The notes below the pieces were generated by a model. The model saw only the letters and a program-made list of their open reading frames with translations, searched no databases and was not told where the DNA came from. The translations under genes and the position numbers were made by a program. Positions 1 through 11,591 of a stretch of 64,000 nucleotides of DNA are shown here, one piece after another. Each line of letters begins with the position of its first letter. The stretch's first letter is position 1. Origin of the DNA: Botryllus schlosseri (taxonomy: Eukaryota); assembly GCA_051294905.1 (NCBI GenBank), contig CM119372.1, positions 17,052,001 to 17,116,000 on the forward strand, in the 5' to 3' direction.

Positions 1-910
1 CGACAGACTGCTAACAACGGTACAGCTGGTTAGAAAACTATGACAATTTTTATAGAACTAGGCCTATCTATTAGGTTGCGTGTCACGCAGCCGAGTCTAT
101 CAGATATAATATTATTTCCCGGCCCAGCCTATATTTATCGAGATTGAGACATCATACGAAGTTACTGACATGTCTACCGATACAATATGCCACTATCATT
201 TCGTTTTATTTGTTCACTGCACCTATTTGATTTTTTTGTTGATTTTGTCGATGTTCCCACTTGATTCCAAAACTATTTTTATATTGCAATAGTTTTTTTT
301 TAAGCCTGAAATCCAAAAAAAGATCAGATTACGGATTCTAAACACTGAACTGTATAAACTGAAGAATTTATCAGCTGTGATTACTCAGCCCTATCGCCAT
401 TGATGCCATGGTGACGTAATAACGCTATAGTATAGTCGGAATTTCATTTAAGTAATGTTAGACGAGGTCGAGGACTCGAGGTGATCATCATCTGTCTTCG
501 TCGAGCTTTTACAGCCATAGGAAATAATATGTGCTGCTGCTAAAATTTTATGCAAGATTTTGTTTCCAATCTATATTCATTAGTATCGGGATTCCCGTGA
601 CATGAGCTACAGAAGCAGATGTCATTGCTTGACATCGATGCAATCTCGTTCTATTTCAATTAATAATCGGGAAATCATACCGTACTGTTCGATATTCTTC
701 GATACAATATTCTTGAAATGTTCCCTTTTAGCTTATCCACTGCAGATGATTTGGTATAATTATATTTACAAGTATCTCTGTCTCAGCCCATTAACTAGTG
801 CTCCTATGTATTGGTAATATATGATTAACTATGTGGGTGCATGGCATTTCCTATGGTATCTGTTGATTAAAAAACTGCACAAAGATGCTATGGTTGCTAT
901 TCCACTATGG

Positions 911-1133
911 CAGTGGTTCTCAAACTTTTTGCGACACGCCCCCCTTATTATCATCACAAAATGCAACCAGAATGCTAGCAATCCGGGACCGTTAATGAGA
1001 GAATTTAGACTATACACAAAGCAAAAACGATGAATTAGAGGCAAATCGCGCCGAGCGCAAAAAAAATTTCCAGTTGACCGCAGCTTCGGGCCCCCTTCAG
1101 TTGCTTTTACGCCCCCCAGTTTGAGAACCACTG
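911..1133. mobile_element. hAT-type MITE
   Basis: TIRs CAGTGGTTCTCAAACT...AGTTTGAGAACCACTG; perfect 8-bp TSD CACTATGG (903-910, 1134-1141); same family as 17859-18105. Confidence 0.9.
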
Positions 1134-1526
1134 CACTATGGCATTCTTGTTTCCAGAAAATATACTGGAAATTGACTGAAATATTTGTAGAGTTTTCAAA
1201 TATTGCAATCTAGTCAGGTAAGACAGAATGATGTCTTATTGTCTGTGAAGAAAATTATCAATTCGTAAATTCGCAATTACAGTATGACTAACGACATTAA
1301 AAATATTATATACCAATACCGTTTTCACTTCAATCATTGACAGGAGGTGTGCACATCATACATGGTCACAAAATGCTGACAGAAGCATAAAACAATGATC
1401 GAGTCGATATTGAAAGTAGATAAATCATATAAAGACACTATTCATGTAAAATCAATGTGTAAAGGCGGCCTCTGATTGATACTTTGAATCATTTGAGAGG
1501 ATGGATGGTTGAGCATTGTTTATAAG

Positions 1527-2438
1527 TAGGGCGATTTTTTTTACATGTCAAAAAAGTCAAAATTTTAGCGTTAGGTCAAAAAATTTCAAAATTGTTGACA
1601 AAGTCAAAATTGTTTTGCAACCTGTATTTGGTTTGTATCGTAGATTTTGCACTGTCGGTGAACTTATCATTTGACATTTTACACTTGTAGCCTACTTTAT
1701 AGGCCTACCGTTGTAGACGGCCCGTTCTCTGCTCATTTTGAATTCTCTACTAGTTGCTGATGATTACCCCTGACGAGTGTCAGCCGAAATATTCGGGTTC
1801 ATTTCAATATGAATATACTATTCATTGTGAATCATAAACATTCAAATGAAACAAATAGGTTGGCATGGTGTTATTTCCAACGTACCGCAATATCCCATCT
1901 GAAGCAAGACTGCGTGGGCATTGAATAGTTCTTATATCAAGAAGTGCATGATGAAAAATTGTGATGTAGACAGCATTGTCAGAATGAAGCAACACGGTGT
2001 GTCACAAGTAGTATACGCACAAACTTCAGAAGTTGTCACCAAGAACTGCTGCTGTTGAACTTTCTTTCTCTATTCTTGGCAAGGAACTTGGTAAGTTCAG
2101 AACTTTCTACCCGAGAATATCGGAAAGTATTTTTCATTGTACAACAGCAAATTGTAACTATTTCTACCATAATACGTATTGTAATTACTTTTATCGTAAT
2201 ACGTGATTAAACTAATGGAATTCTTCCTGGGGCTGGATTTCGTTCAAATATATTTTTTTCATGTAAAAATTTGTCAAATGAAGATAAGAAGTAAAATTCT
2301 AACATTATATAGGAGAATACCTAATTTGCATATGTTAGGTCAAAATTTGGTCAAAACTAAGTTTTTTAAAGTCAAATAATGTCAAATTTTTGATTTTTAG
2401 GTCAAAATATTCCGTTTTATAGGTGAAAAAATGCCCTA
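1527..2438. mobile_element. non-autonomous TIR element with GTCAAA-rich subtermini
   Basis: Termini TAGGGC...GCCCTA; near-perfect 8-bp TSD (TTTATAAG/CTTATAAG); internal sequence homologous to 20776-21566. Confidence 0.8.
1744..1821 (+). ncRNA. short dispersed repeat with candidate minimal type I hammerhead ribozyme (Penelope-like)
   Basis: ACCC-CUGACGA-GUGUCAGCC-GAAAUAUUC-GGGU at 1766-1798; segment absent from the homologous MITE copy near 20940; further copies near 17800, 18170, 36381. Confidence 0.5.
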
Positions 2439-2689
2439 CTTATAAGTATTGATATTTTTACATGAATCTTCTCCAAGATTCTCGAATACCTAGTTGACTG
2501 GCTTCTGGTAATCGGGACCTTCTATAATATCTGATTATAATTACAAAGCTGACCAGAAAATCGAGACAAAATTAAATACTGCATGATTCTTATAAAATGC
2601 TGCCATGATCAACTTCCTTTTTCAGGCATTTCTCCTTATCCACAGACTTGCGAACATTGTTACTAACTACCAATAGAAGACTGTTCGAT

Positions 2690-3754
2690 ATGGGATGCCT
2701 GTTTGCACGTAGCGCTTCATCTGAGACCGATGAAACGGAGAAAAAAGTTTATAGCTGGGACAAGAGGAAGGATATACGGGTAGAAGACTTTCTGATGGAG
2801 GATTTTCAAGACCGCACGCTAGTTCGATTACCCGGTTCGATCAACGGGCAGCAATTTCTAATCCAGAATTTAACTAATTGCAAAATCTATCTCCTTGACC
2901 ACACGGCTGCGATCAATATGGATAATTGCACGGATTGCCATCTGATCACAGGCCCAGTCAAAGGATCTCTGTTTTTGCGCAACTGCAAAGGCTGCAAGGT
3001 GCTGTGCGCGTGCCAACAGTTACGTACTCGGGATTGCTCAAAAACCGACATATTCCTCTTCTGCACCACCCAGCCTATCATCGAAGCCTCGTACAAAATG
3101 CAGTTTGGCTGCTACCAGCTGAGCTACTCCGGCCTTTCCACGCAATTTCAAGAATCCGGCCTAGAACTCATGAACAACAGCTGGGATAAAGTGTACGACT
3201 TCACTCCGAATCCAGATCAAGGTCCGAATTGGAAGTTAATGGCGGAAGACACAAAGGTTGAAGATGTATTCGTTTGGAGTATGGAAGGCGAAGACGAGAA
3301 CAGTGAAGACACAGGGTTAAATAAAACACATCTACCCAAAAATCTAATGCTCAATGGCAGCTGCGAAAGTAGCGTGGTACCGATGGTCGCTGGAAATCGA
3401 GGACGATTATCGGAGGAATCTTGCCTTGTAATGTTCTTCGACCAAAACGAATTGACCAACACAGTTTTGGATATAACAAGACAGATACAAAGAGAAGCCG
3501 TTATTGTGATTCGTTCGAAACAGACAACTTTACCCGAAGAGCGAGTGTCGGAAATGTTTGACAAGACGTCTCAGTCACAGTACTACGAAGCTGCGAAACG
3601 CGGAACTGTGGTGGGCGTAGAGGTGAACGGCGAAGACTGTACTGAAAAATGCCGTGAGATTATCGCGTCGTCAAACGGGGATGCCCTCGTGTTTGTAACT
3701 TCTTCGTGGCAACTGATCGAACTGTTTTACTCCGGTGTAGATATGCAGATGTGA
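2690..3754 (+). CDS. RP2: Protein XRP2 (ARL3 GTPase-activating protein), intronless CDS
   Basis: N-terminal MGC (myristoylation/palmitoylation), YSWDKR, TBCC beta-helix with CQQLRTRDC and PIIEAS motifs, C-terminal NDPK-like region; ATG at 2690, 3' splice site ending ~2625. Confidence 0.95.
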   Translation: MGCLFARSASSETDETEKKVYSWDKRKDIRVEDFLMEDFQDRTLVRLPGSINGQQFLIQNLTNCKIYLLDHTAAINMDNCTDCHLITGPVKGSLFLRNCKGCKVLCACQQLRTRDCSKTDIFLFCTTQPIIEASYKMQFGCYQLSYSGLSTQFQESGLELMNNSWDKVYDFTPNPDQGPNWKLMAEDTKVEDVFVWSMEGEDENSEDTGLNKTHLPKNLMLNGSCESSVVPMVAGNRGRLSEESCLVMFFDQNELTNTVLDITRQIQREAVIVIRSKQTTLPEERVSEMFDKTSQSQYYEAAKRGTVVGVEVNGEDCTEKCREIIASSNGDALVFVTSSWQLIELFYSGVDMQM

Positions 3755-5913
3755 TTATTGTGACTTTGTCTTTTGTTTCCTGATGCGTTGAGGTACATTA
3801 CAGGACATAGTAAACACAACAGGATACATGATTTTAACACTCAACCTCAGCATCGTTGCTATTTTTTATTTTACTGCAATGTTTCTGTAACTCGTCGAAT
3901 TCAAATCAGATAGTTATAATCTCACTGTTGCAAAGATGGTCCGGCGCTCGACGCATTGCTGAAAAAGATTCTTATCCATGAAAAGTAGACAAAATGATGG
4001 TTTCTTATTATCTAACCTTGTTCTAGTACAATTTACCAATTAATATGAACTATATTTTTTAACCTTATATCAAATCGTAACGTTTTCATAGAATAGGCTA
4101 TGTATCAGCCTACAAATAATATTTGTGCAATTGTGACCTAACAGTTGATAAAATTATGAAAATTGTTGTTCACTTCAGGATTCATTGATAGCAATCTATA
4201 TGTAGATTTGTACACTGGCAACCAGTGCATTGCAGCGAAGTGGTATGCGTAGCTGGCATTGTCGTCGGATGAATTTTGTCAAGTAGAGTGAAATTGTGTC
4301 TTATATGACCAAAGGTACGGAAGTATGCAAAAAAATATTCACATGTATTGGGCATCTAGTCTACTCGCTTTCATGCAAATGTGAAGTAGGTGGTATATTG
4401 TGCGGTTGTTGTGACAATATCACTAATTCTATTCAATTTACTAATAATACCATCAATTCTAAACGGCTCAAGATTGTTATATAATGAAAAAGTAGGAAGG
4501 TGTAGAATGTAGTAACGACTTGTAATAGTCTATCAATCGAACTCTCACCTTGGCCACTACAACGTCTAATTGAAGGGCATCTACAGTAGGTCATCAGTAA
4601 CTTTGCCCCTCTACTTCTTCGTAATATTCAAGTCGGCTGTATCCACTTCATCAAGTAGTCTTGTGTGTATACTACTTCAACAGATTTTTACCTCATCTCT
4701 CAAAATCGCCCATATTGGGAACTACTGCTAACCTATTATACACTTGCAAGTAGTCTACCTCCCTGTTGTTAATTTACTGTCTATCAAGTTAATATGCCGT
4801 TCTCGTGCTAAAACCATGCAAGGTTAGGGTCTATTTTATATATTGCCGGGTTGTAAGTAATGACTTACGTTTGAGCACATCTTGTAATGGTGCCTGTCTA
4901 GAGATTAGCCGTGCAGCTACATGCTAGGCGATAATGCTATACGGTATTGCAGTACTCATGTAGATATATCAACTTGAGTAGTTTTTAAGCTAACTACTTA
5001 CTTTTCACAATTTGATTCCAATATTCGTCAGATTATATTTTCATCTGTCCAAGACACACACAATGTACAACACGATTTACAATACATACAATGCGATGTA
5101 ATGAACAGAGTCGAGGATGCCGAACGACCATTTGTGGACTCTTAGACTGGCATCTACGTCGGCCTACTGCCCGGTGTCAGTCTTCTCCGATGGTAATCCT
5201 TCTTCGTCGCTATTTCTTGCCCATTTCTTTCTTTATCGGATCCTTTTTTATTGGGCAGCGATGTCGGGAACGAGGAGCCCAGAATAACCTCCGGCGGCGG
5301 GACTTGAACACGGGCCGCCTACGAAGATCATTCTGTGTATTTCTAGTGCCATTATTTGCGGATAGAAATATCTTCCGATTTTGAAAGAAGTTGTTGGAGA
5401 AGTTTGAAATATGTTGACCATCGACCATATCTGTCTTTTGAAGTAGCTTTTGACATGTCTTGGATGTTGATACAAACTACTTGTTATTGAGTAAAGTGAC
5501 AGCGTTGCTGCTACCTTAAGTAGCAACGTTTACTACTTTTACTCTGGAATTCTTCCAGTTAGCTTTCGTCATGTTTGTGGAAGATAAGACAACAGCCGAA
5601 TCAGTCCAGTGACACGACATCGGAAAAATTCTTCTGATGAGTTAAATTCAGTCCGTCAGTTATGTCTCTGGCGAGTCGTCGGTAATCCGGAAAGGTCATG
5701 GTCGATGGTCCCACCTGCAATGCCGTGGCGGATGAAAGAGAACTGAAGCATATCGCCTCTTTCGAGTGAGGGTGGTCAGACGAAATACGCTTCTTCATTT
5801 GTGCAGTTCTGATCAAAGTAGCTATTTGTGTATATCGTTGCTGGAACTTTATCTGCATTGACGTGTCTTTGTGGCGCGGAACAGCCGGTGCCGAATTGTC
5901 CGGCAACCGCCGG

Positions 5914-6203
5914 CATCATCATCATCATTGGTTTATTAGCAATTTTATCAGTTCAATACACCACAAAAATGCGATACAATGAAAAGACAGGAAGATGTCG
6001 AAGCGACAAGGAGTAGTCTATGGAATCTGACACCCACCTTGGCCTAGGCGATGTAAAGAGGAGGCATGCACACTGAATGAAAGTAAAGAAGATAGTATAG
6101 AAGAAGAATGCGACAAGAAATAGGGCGGCATGTCATGGGAAGCAAGATCGATAGGTCAGTCGTGGTCCGGTAATCTTGAGTATGGACTGTATTTATTTAG
6201 TAG
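5914..6203 (-). repeat. 3' end of non-LTR retroelement (AATAAA + (GAT)n tail)
   Basis: Inverted near-copy of 12512-12810; diverged fragments also near 4500, 5100, 6470, 20430/23030, 49480. Confidence 0.7.
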
Positions 6204-6274
6204 CATGTCCACATTCAAGTCGAAATACAAGCAATTACTAATTGCTTGTATTTCGACTTGAATGTGGACATGCT
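6202..6274. repeat. perfect palindrome, 36-bp arms, 1-nt spacer
   Basis: AGCATGTCCACATTCAAGTCGAAATACAAGCAATTA-C-TAATTGCTTGTATTTCGACTTGAATGTGGACATGCT. Confidence 0.95.
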
Positions 6275-6912
6275 CGTCGACTGTCGGGTGGCCGGTCAAC
6301 AAACACAGTTAGATTCGATTATGCGCATTTTTACTTAGACCTGTTTTCATGTTTATTTATCGGGAGACGCGAGCTCAATAATTTTAAAATATACTCACAA
6401 CATATATCGCACCATGAAAAGTTTCAAGTTCAAGCTTATTCACAAAATTTTATCATTTAAAAAATCACAAGACTGCGATACAATGAAAGACAGGAAGGTG
6501 CCGAAACGACTTGAAGTAGTCTTTGAGATCAGACTCGTACCTAGGCGTAGACGATGTAATTGGAGGCATGCACAGCAGTTGCACACTGAATGAAGATAAT
6601 ATAAAATGAGAAGATAATATAAAGTGATAAGCGACAAAATGAGAAGATAATATAAAATGATAAGGGACAAAATCAGGTGGCATGTGACGGATGTTGAATA
6701 CATCTGCCCAGGGATTTCTGCATCTCCCCAACAATATTCCACCTTATCTCCTCATGTTTATAACCGTTATGCATGTTTACCGAATTATTCGATCGAAATC
6801 CATGCGCCGTTGTTGATGGATGGTTTAGAGATGGTAGATGGTTGCTAGATGGTTTACATAGCTCAGTGGTCCAAACGGACAATCAGCAGTGACCACTTGA
6901 CCACGTGGTTAT

Positions 6913-7050
6913 TGTAATATAGTTCAATGTATTTAAAACGTTTCAGTAAAAACCGCACAACCAGTCGTCTCGCCTTCGAGCCCGCTCTGTCGATCGCGTG
7001 ACAGGAGCGTCGGGAGCACACACATAATCATTACGTTAATCACAATCACA
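6913..7050 (-). repeat. 3' LTR
   Basis: Direct repeat of 11454-11591; preceded on the minus strand by the polypurine tract (7051-7059). Confidence 0.95.
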
Positions 7051-7708
7051 CTTCCTCTTGATCTAAAGATCACACGGGAAACCAGCACATAACGCAACGA
7101 TGTAACTTCAAACGTGAAAATCAGGTGAACAATTCTAAAACAGTGTATACATGAAACGGCAAACTTCCCCTTGGTCTGAAGATCGCACGGGAAGCCAAGT
7201 CAACGTGATAAATGTGGAAACAAAAACAAACTAATACGCAGTGTACACATATCGATACATCAAATTGAAAGTTAAATTTCGATATATGCCTGTGATCTAT
7301 TGACGGGGACGGGGAGTCATTTGGTCTTCCTACCCCCGTGATCTATTTGATCACTGACCCAAATTCAAAGCTTTTGAGTGTAACCCCGCAGTGTAGCCTA
7401 TATAAGACTAAGTCTGGCCAATGGGCTAATTCTGAATAAATTAACACGAGTCGTTTGCTATTAGAAGCACACAAAGTGGATCCCACAACTAAAACATACT
7501 GGCGTACAAAAAACGAAAAACTGCGGTGTAGGTGTGCCTCAAACGATGGACGAAGCGGTGATAACTGGAATTTGTAGCATACAGAATTCGTACTTGGAGG
7601 CTAAAACTTGCAAGGTATATGCAATCATCACAAGGCATAAGCATTTACGCGCGAGCAAATCAAAATGTAAAAAATCACTTACTTTTAGTACAGATATACA
7701 CTCAACAT

Positions 7709-10700
7709 CTAGCCTACATAAAAGTCAGCCAACCATTGTGGCGGCGCTCGATCCCGATTTGGTCGCGAATGGTCAGAGTTATTTCTCTCAATATCACGGT
7801 CGACATTGTCATCACCAGGTTGATCCAGATCAGCTGAGTTATTCCCATCGGTGATATTCTCTTCCGTACCGACTGGGTCATTAGCTTCACCCGAGTTACC
7901 GCTGTTTTCCGTATCAATGGCATCATCTTCTCTGCTACAATTCAAGTCGATTTCGCGCGTCGTAACACTTCCTGGTGGGTTAGGTAGATCCCCGACGGCG
8001 AGTCTAACGTCAGAAAGATGTCGATTCATCCCGTCAACCTCGACCACCACGTCGGCGACAACCCTGGTAACGACACCTCTATTCCATTGAGTAGTACATC
8101 GAGCATTTGGTGGCTTCACGAACACTACATCACCGACTCGGTATGGGTTGTAACTATTTTGTCGGTCCAATCTCTTTCTGCTTGCGCAGATCATTGAAGA
8201 TGGCAAACCAGATTCATAGCGAAACACCTTATCCGCAGGTACAATATCCTCCGAATTCGGAGTGTGATTGTACCAATACACCATTCGTTCAACACTACCT
8301 CCAGATCTCGCGGCCATTCTTTTGATAGTTCTGTGATTCCGCTCCCCAATATCATTTCCAGAATGCCGGTAGGCGCAGCTGAACACATGTTCCACCCCCC
8401 AACTGTTCAAAAACTGGCGCATTTTCCGACTAGTAAAACAAGGTCCGTTATCACTCAGAATTTCACTCGGCGCACCTCTTTCCGAGAAGACTTGTTCAAG
8501 GATCTGGATGATTTTATCGGCCGTTTCATTTCGCACCGCCTGCCATATCGCAAATCGACTAGGCCCGCAGTCGATCAAACTCAGGTATGGTCGAGTGTTT
8601 ACGTAAGTAATGTCAAGTGCCAGGCGCTCCCAGACAACGGGAACGGAAAGCTGCCCGTGTTCCCATCTCACGGGAATCGGATCAATTCTGCGACAGATGT
8701 TGCACTGATTGATTACTCGTTGAACAACATCACGAGTAACAGCTTCGCCAATGCTTCTTTTGGCTACGAAAAGCGTCCGATTCACACCTAGGTGATGTAC
8801 GTTATGAAGAGCCCGTACCTGTTCAATCACGTTCTCATTACGCCGGTTTACTCCAAGACACACCTTCTTTAGCCAGCGTTGCGGGACCCTCGTTAGTGCA
8901 TCTGCGAGATTCTCCGACGATGGTACCCAACGGATTGTGACCTCCATGCAGTATTCCTGAAAGAGCTGCGCGATAATTCCCAATCTTCTTTTAATAATCA
9001 TTTCACTTAGCCCACTGACTCTAGGTCGACGCGAATCTTCCAATATTGACTTGACCCAATGGACCACACTGACCGAGGCGGTCACAACTTCTACATTAGT
9101 GAAAACCCCATCTCAGCACCAAACTTAATCCCCTTACGACAGCGTCGAGCTCCGCGACATTTATATGCGTTCCGTCGTCCTCTTTCCTCATCCATGCTGC
9201 ATCTTCGACAACCTTCCCATCCACGGTCAAACAGCATGCCACCGCCATATTGCTCGCATCGCACCAAATTCGCGCTCTTCCATCACGATATACTCTCCAG
9301 TCCCCTCTTACTGGATCGTTCTCTCGTACCTTCGTCAAGATTTCTTCAGCCAAATGCATAACTGGATTCGGGATTACCGCATCCCACGCTATCTCGTTAG
9401 TAAGTCGTTGTTTTACATGACTGCATGCAGTTCTTAACCACCCGGCCACGGGATAATGCCCTGTGAGCTTGCCGAACACAGAAAATAGCCCTCTCTTCGT
9501 CATGCGGCCGTTCAAACTCGGCAGATCACCATCTCTCCTCCACTCCAGTACTCCATTCTGGGTCTCATTCACCCGCAATCCAACGGAACTGGATCCTTCG
9601 TCGCTAACCCATAACTTGCCAAATGCCTGCGCACTTTCTCAACCGCTACAACATTCTCATCAACCCAGATGTCGTCGATGTAATGGTCGGTTCCCCTTGC
9701 TATGTCGTCTTCCAGTGACAATACGGTAGAAATGATCTTGGTCATCACCTTTGGGCCGATGTTCAAACCGAACCCCATTCGTGTCATAACGTAAACTTTT
9801 CCTTGATGCCGCACTACTTGGAATTTTTGCAGCCTCTCGGAGACGTGAATCTGTAGGTATGCCTTCCGGAGATCCAAGATCGATGCGCGATTACTTCGTT
9901 TGCGCCAATTTCTCTATTTTTCTTGGCATACTGCCGCATCCAGTCCGGGGTGACTCATGACATGGGAATTCAGCTCGCGGTAGTCTATCACTGGCCGTAC
10001 CTTCTGCTTTTTGTTTGGTTGCTTGACCGCCAACAGCGGAATTATTCCGCCGTGGGAACCGTGACGGGCAGGATCGTACTCTACCAACCACCCGTCTCTG
10101 ATCCATTGGCTGAGTTCATCATCAAACGATGCACGACACTCCGACGGCATCTGATATCCCCCACATTGATTAGTCAACTCAGGCTCGCCATTTTCCCATC
10201 TCCACTCCATAGTCCACTTCGCTCCATCAAATTTTGCAATGAAATCTTTATCGTCAATTTGTAACCGTTTATTCGTCGCGGCCACCGCACTTGCTACACA
10301 CACCTTTGCACCAAACCACACGTCAAGATTTGAATCAACGAATACTCCGCCTAATTGCTGGATAACATCAATACCGAGAATCACGCCAGCAGCACATACG
10401 AGCTCCGAGGCTACCAAGCATTGCACCCTGACGTTGGTCTCGCCTACAACCATCATTACTATGGTCTCTCCGTAACAACTAGTGCTTTCCCCGTTCAGCA
10501 TCTCCACAATCCTTCTCGGACCCGAAACGGTATGTCCCATACGACGACACACGTCTTCAAGAACAACAGATTGCTGGCACCCAGTGTCCACCAGAGCCTT
10601 GAGAGGTTTTCCACAATTGAAACCACAACAAACGGTAGCACCTTTTTTCCAACTTGTGAATACGGGAGAACGCGTCCGGTGCTGACGGTTCTCCTTGGTA

Positions 10701-11438
10701 ATTTTCCTGCTGCGATCTTGTGACGTTCATCGGCTCTGCATTGGCGAGCTATATGACCAAGCTTACCACAGGAAAAACATCTTGGTTGTCTCCAGGCCAT
10801 TTCGTTACCGTCATATCTTGGCTCTTCAATAGGGCATTCTTTAGCAAAGTGACCACGCTTCCCGCAGAAAAAACAGTTGTCCTTCCGCTGACGCGAACCG
10901 ACCGCGCACGATACATTGAAGCTGCTCCTGACCGACATTATTACTCGATCGTGCCCGCGCGACGAGATCACTCAAATTCATTTAATTTGTCCACTTCTGC
11001 TACAGACTTTAACTGACATGAAACCTCTGGGGGGAGACCATTTACAAACGCGCACCGAATTAACGCCTCGGATGCATCCACTCTCATCCCAATCAATAGC
11101 GCAAGCCTTTTTAGGTCGGAAAGGTACACATCGACAGGTTCTTCATCCAGCAGTATTCTTCGCTGGAATTCGCTATACGCGTCATAGCAATTCACTCTAA
11201 ACGCGTTCAAAATAGCTTGTTTCGACTTCTTGTAATCCTTCCTGTCGCCTTCTGGCAACTGCTTGAACACTGCAAATGCAGGGCCATCCAACAGCAATGG
11301 GAAAATAGTTGGCAGTTTGTCCGTCAGTTCTTGCAGCTCGGAGACCAGTTCCAGTTTCTCAACCCACTTTGCAAAATCACCAGACGTTGGATAATCTTCA
11401 TAACTCCTCACAATATCAGTTAACTTCATATTCGCCAT
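7709..11438 (-). pseudogene. gag-pol with frameshifts and an in-frame stop
   Basis: Two CCHC knuckles (CFFCGKRGHFAKEC, CFSCGKLGHIARQC), protease ALVDTGC, RT (DLRKAY, YIDDI), RNase H (WCDAS, AEL, ADAL), integrase (HH..C..C; LDIT, SDNG, ERNH); broken near 10970, 10620, 9914 (TAG), 9575 and 9096. Confidence 0.92.
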
Positions 11439-11453
11439 TATGCCGCGATAGCT

Positions 11454-11591
11454 TGTAATATAGTTCAATGTATTTAAAACGTTTCAGTAAAAACCGCACA
11501 ATCAGTCGTCTCGCCTTCGAGCCCGCTCTGTCGATCGCGTGACAGGAGCGTCGGGAGCACACACATAATCATTACGTTAATCACAATCACA
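11454..11591 (-). repeat. 5' LTR
   Basis: Direct repeat of 6913-7050; followed by TSD GTTAT (11592-11596). Confidence 0.95.

Larger units (their letters stand above)
6913..11591 (-). mobile_element. Ty3/gypsy-type LTR retrotransposon, full length but disrupted
   Basis: 138-bp TG...CA LTRs (6913-7050, 11454-11591; 1 mismatch seen); 5-bp TSD GTTAT; PPT AAGAGGAAG abutting the 3' LTR; domain order gag-PR-RT-RH-IN. Confidence 0.95.

Noticed and set aside
5091..5906. Cluster of short ORFs in a moderately GC-rich patch
   Set aside because: No recognisable motif or consistent splice pattern; probably a decayed repeat.
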